A DNA stretch of 64,000 nucleotides from an uncultured Bacilli bacterium. Its GTDB lineage: Bacteria > Bacillota_I > Bacilli_A > RF39 > UBA660. The DNA lies in contig CAKPHU010000001.1 in the NCBI GenBank assembly GCA_934162125.1, forward strand, positions 121,352-185,351, written 5' to 3'. The translations under genes were made by a program, and so were the position numbers. Numbering within the stretch: the first letter of the stretch is position 1; each line of letters begins with the position of its first letter. The notes under the pieces were generated by a model, which was not told where the DNA came from, made no database searches, and worked only from the letters and a program-made list of their open reading frames with translations. Below, one piece after another: positions 31,980-40,457 of this stretch.

Positions 31980-32083
31980 TTTATTACTTCCTTTGCTTTT
32001 TAAATTTATTTTATTGTCATTTTTATTATAAACTAAAACTTATGTTCAAGCAAGAGAAGAAAAAAAGAAAGGCCTTACGCCTT

Positions 32084-32806
32084 TTAATCTTCTTTTAAGT
32101 TGTAGTAAACATCTTGAACATCATCTAAGTCTTCTAGCGTATCAACTAAACGATGAACTTTTTCTGCTCCTTCTTCGTCAAGTGTTACTTCCATATTTGG
32201 TACATATGTTATTTCACATACTTGGAATTCTTTAACACCTGCTGTTTCTAGAGCTTCTTTTACAGCTGTAAATTTGTCAGCTGGAGTTGTTATTACATAA
32301 CCATCTTCTATTGTCTCGAAGTCTAGAGCTCCGGCATCAAGAGATGCCATCATCATAGTATCTTCATCATACTCTTTAGCAATTACTATTGAACCACGAC
32401 GTTCAAACATATAACTTACAGAACCATCTGTTCCTAAGTTACCACCAGCTTTAGTAAATGAACTACGTACTTGAGAAGCTGTTCTATTTCTATTATCAGT
32501 TAAGCAATCAACGATAAAAGCTACTCCACCATGGCCATATCCTTCATAACGAACACTTTCGTAATTGGCACCGTCTTGACCACCTGTTGCTTTTTCGATA
32601 GCTTTTTGAATATTATCTTTAGGCATGTTTTGAGCTTTTGCTTTATCTACTGCCATTCTTAGTGCAGCATTTTGATTCGGGTCAGGGCTACCTGTCTTAG
32701 CTGCCACCATAATTTCTTTGGCTAATTTTTGAAATACTTTTCCTCTTGCGGCATCTAGCAATCCCTTTTTACGATGGATTGTTGCCCATTTTGAGTGTCC
32801 ACTCAT
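32084..32806 (-). CDS. yebC: YebC/PmpR-family probable transcriptional regulatory protein
   Basis: 240 aa; the N-terminal MSGHSKWATIHRKKG signature is characteristic of the YebC family. Confidence 0.85.
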   Translation of the reverse strand: MSGHSKWATIHRKKGLLDAARGKVFQKLAKEIMVAAKTGSPDPNQNAALRMAVDKAKAQNMPKDNIQKAIEKATGGQDGANYESVRYEGYGHGGVAFIVDCLTDNRNRTASQVRSSFTKAGGNLGTDGSVSYMFERRGSIVIAKEYDEDTMMMASLDAGALDFETIEDGYVITTPADKFTAVKEALETAGVKEFQVCEITYVPNMEVTLDEEGAEKVHRLVDTLEDLDDVQDVYYNLKED

Positions 32807-32904
32807 ATTTATACCTCCTCATTTCTATAATATGATAACATATTTTTATAATTGTGAAAAGTTTTTTAGCTTTATTTTGCAAAGAAAAAGAAGAGATAAC
32901 TCTT

Positions 32905-33846
32905 CTACATCATTTCTTTATAGTAAATTGTTTTCTCAACAGCACTTCTGATTGATGATTCATTGAATGGTTTACCTAACATATCAACAATTTGATACTT
33001 GAAAGCTTTATCAATAGTTTCTTTTGAAGAATCACCAGAAATGATTGATACTGGGAACTTAGAGAACAAATTATTTTCTTTCATATACTCTAGAACAGCA
33101 AAGCCATCTACTTTTGGCATGTTAAGGTCAAGTAACATACATACGATATTATCATTTTCTCTATTAGCTGCTAAGATATCGATAGCTTCTTCACCATCTT
33201 TAGCTGTTCCTACACCATAAGTGTCACTGAAGATACGTTTAACAAAGTTTCTAATGATATTAGAATCATCGACAACTAAGATTGTTTTCTTATCATATAC
33301 TTCACCAGTTGGAATGTTTGCTGGTAAAGGGGCAGCAGCTGGAGCTTGAGCTTCTACAGCTGGAGCTACTGGGGCAGCTGGTGTCTCAGGTATAATTGGA
33401 GCAACAGCAGGTGCTGGTGCAGCTGGAGTTGCTTCTGCTACTGGAGCAACAGGAATATTTTGGAAAGCTGGAACTGATCCTGGATGAAGATATTCATTAA
33501 CAACATCAACTGCACGATCAACTTCATCTTTTAATTCTTGATAATGATTATAGATGTAATAGAAGTCTCCTCCTTTACATTTTTGTTCATGAAGACCAGC
33601 TAGTTCAGCTAAATGTGTAAAACCAAAATATGTTGCATCACTAGTTAGAGAGTGAGCATAAATAGCATAGTTTGATAAGTCTTTACTATTTTTATATACT
33701 TCTAGTTTAGCTAGTTTATCTTTAGCACTAACTACTAATTCTCCTACTGTTTGATTATATGTATTTATGTCTCCAAAGATTTCTAAACTCTTGTTGACAT
33801 CTACTCCGTTTTTAATTAAAAAATTTGTATCATTCATTATATTCAC
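32905..33846 (-). CDS. Hybrid HPt (histidine phosphotransfer) and CheY-like receiver protein joined by a Pro/Ala-rich linker
   Basis: N-terminal HPt-like motif (YAIYAHSLTSDATYFGFTHLAELAGLHE). The C-terminal REC domain has DD, the phospho-acceptor D in MLLDLNMP and the conserved K in DMLGKP. A PAVAP-rich linker lies between them. Confidence 0.55.
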   Translation of the reverse strand: MNIMNDTNFLIKNGVDVNKSLEIFGDINTYNQTVGELVVSAKDKLAKLEVYKNSKDLSNYAIYAHSLTSDATYFGFTHLAELAGLHEQKCKGGDFYYIYNHYQELKDEVDRAVDVVNEYLHPGSVPAFQNIPVAPVAEATPAAPAPAVAPIIPETPAAPVAPAVEAQAPAAAPLPANIPTGEVYDKKTILVVDDSNIIRNFVKRIFSDTYGVGTAKDGEEAIDILAANRENDNIVCMLLDLNMPKVDGFAVLEYMKENNLFSKFPVSIISGDSSKETIDKAFKYQIVDMLGKPFNESSIRSAVEKTIYYKEMM

Positions 33847-33946
33847 CTACTCTTGTAATCTAATTTGATTATAGCATAATTTTTATAAATGTAAAATGTT
33901 TTTTCTAAGAAATGTCAAGAAAAAAACATCTAATTTAAGATGTTTT

Positions 33947-35224
33947 TTAGGCTTTATAATCGAAATAGAAATCTAAGATACGAACAGCGTCACCATCTTC
34001 GGCTCCAAGGCTTTCTAGTTTAGCATCAATTCCCATTCTTCTTAATCTTTTAGCAAATTTATAAATAGCTTCTTCACTATTGAATTTAGTCATTTTAAAG
34101 ATTCTTTCTACTTCTTTACCAGAAATTACCCATGTACCATCATCATCTCTAGTAATAGTATATGGTTCTTCTTTCTTGAAGGTATAAAGAATATGACTTT
34201 CTATTTCATTATCTTCATATAGAGGTGTATCTTGAATGTTATTTAACATAGTAGCTAAATGATCTACTACTTTTTGTAGTCCTGTATTAGTTGCGGCACT
34301 TACTTCAAATATTTCAACATTTGGAACTTTTTTCTTAAATTCTTCTAAGTTAGTTGAAGCTTCTGGTAAATCCATTTTGTTAGCTATTATAACTTGTGGT
34401 TTTTCTAGAAGTTTTGGATTAAATTCTTTTAATTCATTATTGATTAGAACATAGTCTTCATAAGGATTACGTCCTTCACTAGCACTCATATCAATAACGT
34501 GAGCAATAATCTTAGTTCTTTCTATGTGACGTAAGAATTTATCTCCTAGTCCTTCACCATGAGATGCTCCTTCTATTAAACCAGGTAAGTCTGCTACTAC
34601 GAAGCTTTCACCAGTTGTAGCTTTAGTAACACCTAAGTTTGGTGATAGAGTTGTAAAGTGATAAGCGGCTATTTTTGGTTTTGATTTAGAAATGCAAGAA
34701 ATAATAGTACTCTTTCCTACTGATGGTAGACCAACAAGTCCCACATCAGCTAGCATTTTAACTTCTACTTTTAATAGTCTTTTCTCGCCTTCTTCTCCTT
34801 TTTCAGAATAATCTGGAGCTGTGTTAGTTTGGGTTTTAAAAGCAGTATTACCACGACCACCACGACCGCCTTTAGCGATTACTTCTTCTTGATCTTTTTT
34901 CGATAAATCAGCAATGATTAGACCTGTTTCTAAATCTGTTACAACAGTACCTTGTGGTACTTTAACAATTAGAGGATCTGCTCCTGCTCCATGTTGATTC
35001 TTACCACGACCATTTTCACCACGAGGAGCTTTTAGAACTTTTTGATAACGAAGATCTAAAAGAGTATGTAGTCCTTGATCTACTTTAAATATAATGTCAC
35101 CACCATGGCCACCATTACCACCAAATGGACCTCCCATAGGGACAAATTTTTCACGTCTAAAAGCAGTACAACCATCTCCACCAGAGCCAGCTTCTACTTT
35201 AATTGTGACTTCATCTACAAACAT
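33947..35224 (-). CDS. obg: GTPase Obg/CgtA
   Basis: N-terminal Obg fold (MFVDEVTIKVEAGSGGDG, glycine-rich), G-domain motifs (GLPSVGKST, DLPG, NKMD) and a C-terminal OCT/TGS-like domain. Confidence 0.9.
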   Translation of the reverse strand: MFVDEVTIKVEAGSGGDGCTAFRREKFVPMGGPFGGNGGHGGDIIFKVDQGLHTLLDLRYQKVLKAPRGENGRGKNQHGAGADPLIVKVPQGTVVTDLETGLIIADLSKKDQEEVIAKGGRGGRGNTAFKTQTNTAPDYSEKGEEGEKRLLKVEVKMLADVGLVGLPSVGKSTIISCISKSKPKIAAYHFTTLSPNLGVTKATTGESFVVADLPGLIEGASHGEGLGDKFLRHIERTKIIAHVIDMSASEGRNPYEDYVLINNELKEFNPKLLEKPQVIIANKMDLPEASTNLEEFKKKVPNVEIFEVSAATNTGLQKVVDHLATMLNNIQDTPLYEDNEIESHILYTFKKEEPYTITRDDDGTWVISGKEVERIFKMTKFNSEEAIYKFAKRLRRMGIDAKLESLGAEDGDAVRILDFYFDYKA

Positions 35225-35281
35225 ATTTTTCTCCTCCTTTTTTTCATTTTTAAGTATAACAAATTTTTTGATAACTCTCTA

Positions 35282-36502
35282 TTATTTTTTTACTTTTTGT
35301 TTCATGATACCATGAGTTGTAGCTCTACGTTCCATTTTAGAAAGTAATGTTTTAGTAGAACTAATACTTTCTGGTGTAATTTCACCAGTTAGACTTAACT
35401 CTAGGGTATCATAAATAAGGGCCTCATAATTAGTTAAATTTTCTCTACCAAAAGCACGTTCTAGATGATCATCACGATTAGTAATAGCACATCTATCTAA
35501 GAAGTGACTGTATTTGGCATCAAAATCATTATATAAAGGCTCTAGTAATGGTCTATAAGCAGAGCAAGACTCTCTTTCAAAACTTGGAAATAAAGGTCCA
35601 AGTGCTTCTAAATCTTTAATAGAACGGGCTTCTGTACGTAATTCATTGATATAACGATATTGAAAAGAATGATTTCTACTAGCAAAAGCTACACCATTGG
35701 GACCTGATTCAATAGCATGTCTATTTTCATGATAGAAAATACCATTAATATCTTTGTCAATATCCGCAATTAATGGAACATAAACATAGGTATAAGTTTT
35801 GCCATCAACAATTAAACTCTTACAGCAAGCTAGTTGATTTGGTTTATATAGTGTATTTACTAAATCAGAATTTGATACTTCTAGGCCAGTTGAAGCATAA
35901 AGTTCTCTTCTAATACGTTGAGCCCAAGGATTATCTGCTACCATAGTATATTTTTGGGCTCCTTTTATATAAGATATTTCGTTAATAATATAATCAAGCT
36001 TATCTTGATCTGATGGCAAGATAATACCATGTTCTTCATAAGTCGCAATTATTTTTTCACGAAAATCATAGTAAGATTCTCTAGACTCTATTGAGACACT
36101 TTCATCTTGATATTCACTAGCCTCGGCACTAGATAAAGAAGCTATTCTAATACGAGAAATCTTCTCTTTTTCTTCATATATTTCTGTATATGATTTAGTT
36201 ATTTTACATGTTTCATAGAGAAAATCCACTATTTCATTTTCCATTCTAGCAATACTTTCATCACGTAAACGACAGTAGATAGCACTTTCTTCTAATAAAT
36301 TACTTGGAACTGGTTCATGATGTTTTTGTAAGAAAGCAATAGTTTGCCATGGTTTAGATTCAAAAATATAACCTGTTTTCTTACTACGATGAACAATATA
36401 TGGTTTATACCAGTAACCATATTCATTTACATAATGTTTTAATAGTTCTTCTCTTTTGGCTTTCAACACTTCTTTAGCATGAATAATTTCGGAAATATCC
36501 AT
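35282..36502 (-). CDS. Hypothetical 406-aa protein occupying the rpmA-obg interval, where Bacillus has spo0B
   Basis: Strong RBS (AAAGGGGGGA) placed after the rpmA terminator. No recognised motifs and no resemblance to Spo0B by eye. Confidence 0.5.
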   Translation of the reverse strand: MDISEIIHAKEVLKAKREELLKHYVNEYGYWYKPYIVHRSKKTGYIFESKPWQTIAFLQKHHEPVPSNLLEESAIYCRLRDESIARMENEIVDFLYETCKITKSYTEIYEEKEKISRIRIASLSSAEASEYQDESVSIESRESYYDFREKIIATYEEHGIILPSDQDKLDYIINEISYIKGAQKYTMVADNPWAQRIRRELYASTGLEVSNSDLVNTLYKPNQLACCKSLIVDGKTYTYVYVPLIADIDKDINGIFYHENRHAIESGPNGVAFASRNHSFQYRYINELRTEARSIKDLEALGPLFPSFERESCSAYRPLLEPLYNDFDAKYSHFLDRCAITNRDDHLERAFGRENLTNYEALIYDTLELSLTGEITPESISSTKTLLSKMERRATTHGIMKQKVKK

Positions 36503-36520
36503 AGCTATCCCCCCTTTTGT

Positions 36521-36549
36521 GTTAAAAAAAAGAGCACTTAATGGCTCTT
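36521..36549 (-). terminator. Rho-independent terminator downstream of rpmA (AAGAGC-cattaagt-GCTCTT followed by a T-run of 7-8)
   Basis: Read on the minus strand directly after the rpmA stop. Confidence 0.55.
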
Positions 36550-36552
36550 CAA

Positions 36553-36843
36553 TTATGCTTCTTTAGGATATACTGAAGCTTGTTTCTTATCTCTTCCTAA
36601 GCGTTCAAACTTAACTACTCCATCAATAGTAGAATATAAAGTATCATCACTACCGCGGCGAACGTTAGTTCCTGGAAATACTTTAGTTCCACGTTGACGA
36701 TATATAATACTACCAGCAGTGATGAATTCTCCATCAGCAGCTTTAGCTCCTAATCTACGTCCTGCAGAATCACGACCATTAGATGTTGATCCTTGCCCTT
36801 TGTGGTGAGCAAATAATTGAATATCTAATTTCAAAAATTTCAT
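36553..36843 (-). CDS. rpmA: 50S ribosomal protein L27 with an N-terminal propeptide ([16 protein letters not shown]...)
   Basis: The mature part matches L27 ([12 protein letters not shown], GxxVxxGxxIxRQRGT). The 11-aa extension is typical of Firmicutes L27 processed by Prp. Confidence 0.9.
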   Translation of the reverse strand: MKFLKLDIQLFAHHKGQGSTSNGRDSAGRRLGAKAADGEFITAGSIIYRQRGTKVFPGTNVRRGSDDTLYSTIDGVVKFERLGRDKKQASVYPKEA

Positions 36844-36854
36844 AATTCTCCTCC

Positions 36855-37157
36855 TTATTTTACTTTTACGTTATCAGGATAATTCTCTGACAACTCTTTC
36901 AATAGACTAATCATATTTTTTATTAGTGTTTGGGTAATATTATCAGCTTTAATATTTGATATTATTAAACCATTTTCACTAACTTCATAACTTAGACTAT
37001 CCTTATCAAATGATAAAATTCCATTTACTGTAGTAGTTACGATACTACTTACAGAGCTACAAACTATATCTTTTCCGTAGTCAGCATACATGGCATGACC
37101 AGTTACTTCTACTTTTTGATATAAATCTTTGTCCTTGGTTATAATTACTTTAATCAT
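36855..37157 (-). CDS. prp: Ribosomal-processing cysteine protease Prp (YsxB family)
   Basis: 100 aa encoded between rplU and rpmA. The GHA...CSSVS pattern places His and Cys as in Prp. Confidence 0.8.
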   Translation of the reverse strand: MIKVIITKDKDLYQKVEVTGHAMYADYGKDIVCSSVSSIVTTTVNGILSFDKDSLSYEVSENGLIISNIKADNITQTLIKNMISLLKELSENYPDNVKVK

Positions 37158-37159
37158 AA

Positions 37160-37462
37160 TTATCCATTAATTTTAGTAATTTTAATTTTTGTATAAGGTT
37201 GTCTATGTCCTTTAGTCTTACGATTAGATCTGTCTTTACTTTTGTATTTGAAAACTTTAATTTTCTTTTGTTTACCATTTTTGATTACTTCACCTTCAAC
37301 GGTAACATTAGTAAGATAAGGACTACCTATTTTACTATCAAGCATTAATACTTGATCAAATTTTACTGTGTCTCCTACTTCAGCTTCTAGCTTTTCTACG
37401 TAAATTTCTGAATTTTCTTGTACATAGTATTGCTTTCCACCAACTTTAATTACAGCGTTCAT
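37160..37462 (-). CDS. rplU: 50S ribosomal protein L21
   Basis: 100 aa; MNAVIKVGGKQYYVQE is typical of L21, and the gene is the first of the rplU-prp-rpmA operon. Confidence 0.9.
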   Translation of the reverse strand: MNAVIKVGGKQYYVQENSEIYVEKLEAEVGDTVKFDQVLMLDSKIGSPYLTNVTVEGEVIKNGKQKKIKVFKYKSKDRSNRKTKGHRQPYTKIKITKING

Positions 37463-37560
37463 TAATATATACCTCCTTCATTTTATAACTTAAGACTCGC
37501 TCGCAAGGTACAATAAATTGTTTAAAACCTTTCAAATGCGGTTTGAGCATGAGGCGTCAA
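37463..37560 (-). ncRNA. Structured 5' leader of about 100 nt upstream of rplU, a candidate L21-type ribosomal-protein autoregulatory leader
   Basis: The long leader lies between a consensus promoter and the rplU RBS and contains a hairpin (GTTTGA-cgcctcatgc-TCAAAC). L21 leaders are known in low-GC Gram-positives. No covariance model was run. Confidence 0.3.
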
Positions 37561-37568
37561 ACAGTTAG

Positions 37569-37597
37569 ATTATAACATATGCTTTATCAAGTGTCAA
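37569..37597 (-). promoter_or_regulatory. Consensus sigma-A promoter of the rplU operon (TTGACA, 17 nt, TATAAT). The -35 lies inside a perfect palindrome TGTCAA-n4-TTGACA.
   Basis: The -10 is complement(37569..37574) and the -35 is complement(37592..37597), both perfect consensus hexamers. Confidence 0.65.
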
Positions 37598-37614
37598 CTT
37601 TTTGACATAATTTT

Positions 37615-39393
37615 CTATACTAGCTCAGTCTTTAATAGTTCTTTATTTCCTGTAGAAACTGATTCTTTTGGAGTAGCATTTAAAGCTTCTAAGTATTCTG
37701 GAAGTTTAGCATCCGGAACAATAAAAGTTGGATTTGTTAAGACTTCAGATAGAGACTCACTATCTACTTCTTGTCCAGTGGCATTTAAAAGAGCTACTCG
37801 GTCCCAACGTTTAGCGGGAATGTTTAATAGATTGATGTCTTCTTCTAGATCTTTGGCATGACCTAGATTAGAAACTTTTTCTATTAATTCATTAAGACTA
37901 CTATTTGTTAAGAAACCTACATTAGTATTGCGATCAATAGCAGATAATAAATCTCTTGATTTTAGAGAGTCAATAGAAGCTTTGATAGTAGTACTATCAC
38001 CTAGTAATGTCTTTGGCGAAGAGTTTAAATATAAAGGATTTAGTCCGGCAGAAACAAAGGCATGAACATTTTTAAAGACATTGATGTAGGCACTACTTTC
38101 TGAATCGAAAACTATTGGATAAGTTGTTAGAAAACTACTATCAATAATTTTACGTTCATATAAATTTTCAAGATGACTAATAGAGTCACTTGTCGCTTTA
38201 GAAAGTATTTCTAGTATCATGTCAGAATCAGTTATTTGCATTTTTCTTAAACTGGTAAGAGAACTATTTATTTCTGATGGAGTGCTTGTTAGTGTTAATA
38301 AATAAGCAAAAGGAACTTCGATACCATGTTTAGCAAAGATACGTTCATAATCATGTTTTTTATCTTGTTCAAGAGCAGTATAAGAAGCTTCTAATGGCTC
38401 ATAGTGACGCATGTTAAGACCATAGATATATTCTAGGACTTGTTTCTTAATCTTTTCATCTTTAGCTTTAGAAACTAGAGATTCATATGAAATACATTCT
38501 CTATCTTCATCTAGGACTCTAAGATCTGCGATTAGTCCATTGTAGCTATTGATAGTCTTAGTTTTTTGACGAACTCTAGTAACATATTTTTGATTTAATG
38601 ATTGGGTTTTATTATTGATACTATCGAGAAAAGCTTTGATGTCTTTTAAATATTCAAACTTAAGTAAAGTTTCTTTAACAACTTTTCTAGCAGTACTATC
38701 AGCTTTCTTTTTTTGTTCAGGTGTCAGAAATTGTTCACTAAGAATTTCGTCCACTGCTTCCTCTGATTGTCTTTGACAGTCATCATAATATTCTTTATAA
38801 GCATGCATCTTGCTGACAAAAGCAGCAGTGCTACCTATAATATCAGAATTATTTTTAATCTCTTCTAGATCTGTTATAAGTCCTTTTTCATCAGCTTCAA
38901 GCATATGTTCTTTAATACTTATTAATTGATATAGGCAAACTAGAAAATTATAAGAATAAGATGGAGCAACGTCTAGAACATTTCCTAAACCATATGCCAT
39001 TGTTATTCTAGCATCAAGTAAAGATAAGTAAGAACGATTTTCGTCTTCTGTTTTATTTTCAAGATCAACATTAACTAAGATATCTTCATTATCTAATACA
39101 ATACCAGCCAGAGCTGTCATAACATCGCGAATTTTATTAGCTGGTATTTGTTCAAATACAGGTGTTACTCTTAAAATAGCATCTTGAACTAATCCTTCGT
39201 CTAAGTTGGTATGATACCATAAATAGATAATGCAAGCACCAGTTATATCTACATCATAGAGGCTTTCATAACTAAAGTATGGATTGTGTTTAAAATATTC
39301 AAGAGCAAACTCAACAATACTATTATCATATTCAATACTTTCTAATCTAGCAATTTCTTCTTCTATTCGGGAAATTAAAAGTTCTTTAGTCAT
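37615..39393 (-). CDS. Hypothetical 592-aa protein, second gene of a two-gene unit with the 318-aa protein
   Basis: Overlaps the upstream gene by 8 nt. No NTPase or other recognisable motifs. Confidence 0.5.
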   Translation of the reverse strand: MTKELLISRIEEEIARLESIEYDNSIVEFALEYFKHNPYFSYESLYDVDITGACIIYLWYHTNLDEGLVQDAILRVTPVFEQIPANKIRDVMTALAGIVLDNEDILVNVDLENKTEDENRSYLSLLDARITMAYGLGNVLDVAPSYSYNFLVCLYQLISIKEHMLEADEKGLITDLEEIKNNSDIIGSTAAFVSKMHAYKEYYDDCQRQSEEAVDEILSEQFLTPEQKKKADSTARKVVKETLLKFEYLKDIKAFLDSINNKTQSLNQKYVTRVRQKTKTINSYNGLIADLRVLDEDRECISYESLVSKAKDEKIKKQVLEYIYGLNMRHYEPLEASYTALEQDKKHDYERIFAKHGIEVPFAYLLTLTSTPSEINSSLTSLRKMQITDSDMILEILSKATSDSISHLENLYERKIIDSSFLTTYPIVFDSESSAYINVFKNVHAFVSAGLNPLYLNSSPKTLLGDSTTIKASIDSLKSRDLLSAIDRNTNVGFLTNSSLNELIEKVSNLGHAKDLEEDINLLNIPAKRWDRVALLNATGQEVDSESLSEVLTNPTFIVPDAKLPEYLEALNATPKESVSTGNKELLKTELV

Positions 39394-40342
39394 TTACTTT
39401 CACCTTTTCTTTCTTGCTTGATTTGTCTTTTTGACCTAGCATTCTAAAAAGTTCTTGTTCATAATCATCTTGTATTTTTAAGAAATCTTCATTTTTTATT
39501 TGTTCTTTAAGGGTAGCTTCTACTTTACGATACTGACTACATCTTAAATTTAGTAGTTCAGAATGTTCTTTATTTCTAGTTGTTTTCTTAGTAAAGGCAC
39601 TGACAATAGCATAAGTATCTTCACCTAAACGATCAAAAACAACACGAACTTTGAAGTCTTTTACTTCTCCGAAGCCTTGTGTAAAGACATTATTAGAACT
39701 TAGACGGTTAAAGTTCTTGAATGTACCGTTTTTAATAGATTCAAATAGACCTAAGAATTTATCATAATAAGTACTATCAATATGACTTAGTTCTTCTAAG
39801 GCACGTGGATAACCAGTTGAAGTTGGAACGAAGATTAAATGGTTAGTGCTTGATATTTCAGTTAAGTCTAATTCTTCTTCGGACATCAGTTCTCTAAGAA
39901 GAGAAATTTGTTGGTTGTTAGTGGCAATGTCTTCGGCAAAAACAGCTAATTCTTCACTGTCTTCAGCAAAGTTTCTAATGGTAGCGTTATTTTTTAATAG
40001 TTCGATAATTAAACGATTAATTACTAATTCATATTTAGCTGAAGACTTGTCTGGTAAAAAGACTAAAAGATCTTCTTTAGTAGCTGGTTTTGGTAAATGG
40101 GCTAATTCTAATAAATAGATGGAAATATCATCTTCAAAATCCTGGTCGGTACGATCAATTTCAGGTGTTTCTTCTAATTCAGGTTTTCTCATATAGTCAG
40201 TTGGTTCGTAATGAGCTTCTTGAAGAGAAGAAGAGGCAACTATTTCACGACGCATTTCTTTAGCAATTCTGATATTTTGTGATAAGACTTTTTGCAGTGC
40301 TTCATTATTTAGAGAAGCTGGTTCAACTTTAATAAATTCCAT
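39386..40342 (-). CDS. Hypothetical 318-aa acidic protein whose C-terminal segment resembles RelE/ParE-superfamily (Gp49/HigB-like) toxin domains
   Basis: C-terminal ...VKDFKVRVVFDRLGEDTYAIVSAFTKKTTRNKEH... fits the Gp49/RelE-like pattern (...yRvlYf..gd.ivLLhgF.KKtqk...). Strong RBS (AAAAGGGGGA) and its own consensus promoter. Confidence 0.45.
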   Translation of the reverse strand: MEFIKVEPASLNNEALQKVLSQNIRIAKEMRREIVASSSLQEAHYEPTDYMRKPELEETPEIDRTDQDFEDDISIYLLELAHLPKPATKEDLLVFLPDKSSAKYELVINRLIIELLKNNATIRNFAEDSEELAVFAEDIATNNQQISLLRELMSEEELDLTEISSTNHLIFVPTSTGYPRALEELSHIDSTYYDKFLGLFESIKNGTFKNFNRLSSNNVFTQGFGEVKDFKVRVVFDRLGEDTYAIVSAFTKKTTRNKEHSELLNLRCSQYRKVEATLKEQIKNEDFLKIQDDYEQELFRMLGQKDKSSKKEKVKVND

Positions 40343-40370
40343 ACCACAATCCCCCTTTTTGTCTTTGCAT

Positions 40371-40398
40371 ATTATAGCATTTTTTTAGTGATATAGCA
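40371..40398 (-). promoter_or_regulatory. Sigma-A-type promoter (TTGCTA, 16 nt, TATAAT) driving the 318-aa/592-aa gene pair
   Basis: The -10 is complement(40371..40376) and the -35 is complement(40393..40398). Confidence 0.5.
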
Positions 40399-40427
40399 AG
40401 AAAAACTAGTATTATCAAGCATTTAGG

Positions 40428-40453
40428 CAAAAGAAAAAGTCCATTTCTGGACT
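40428..40453 (-). terminator. Rho-independent terminator (AAGTCCA-gaaa-TGGACTT plus a T-run) immediately after the 680-aa gene
   Basis: Read on the minus strand directly downstream of the stop at 40458. Confidence 0.5.
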
Positions 40454-40457
40454 TCAT

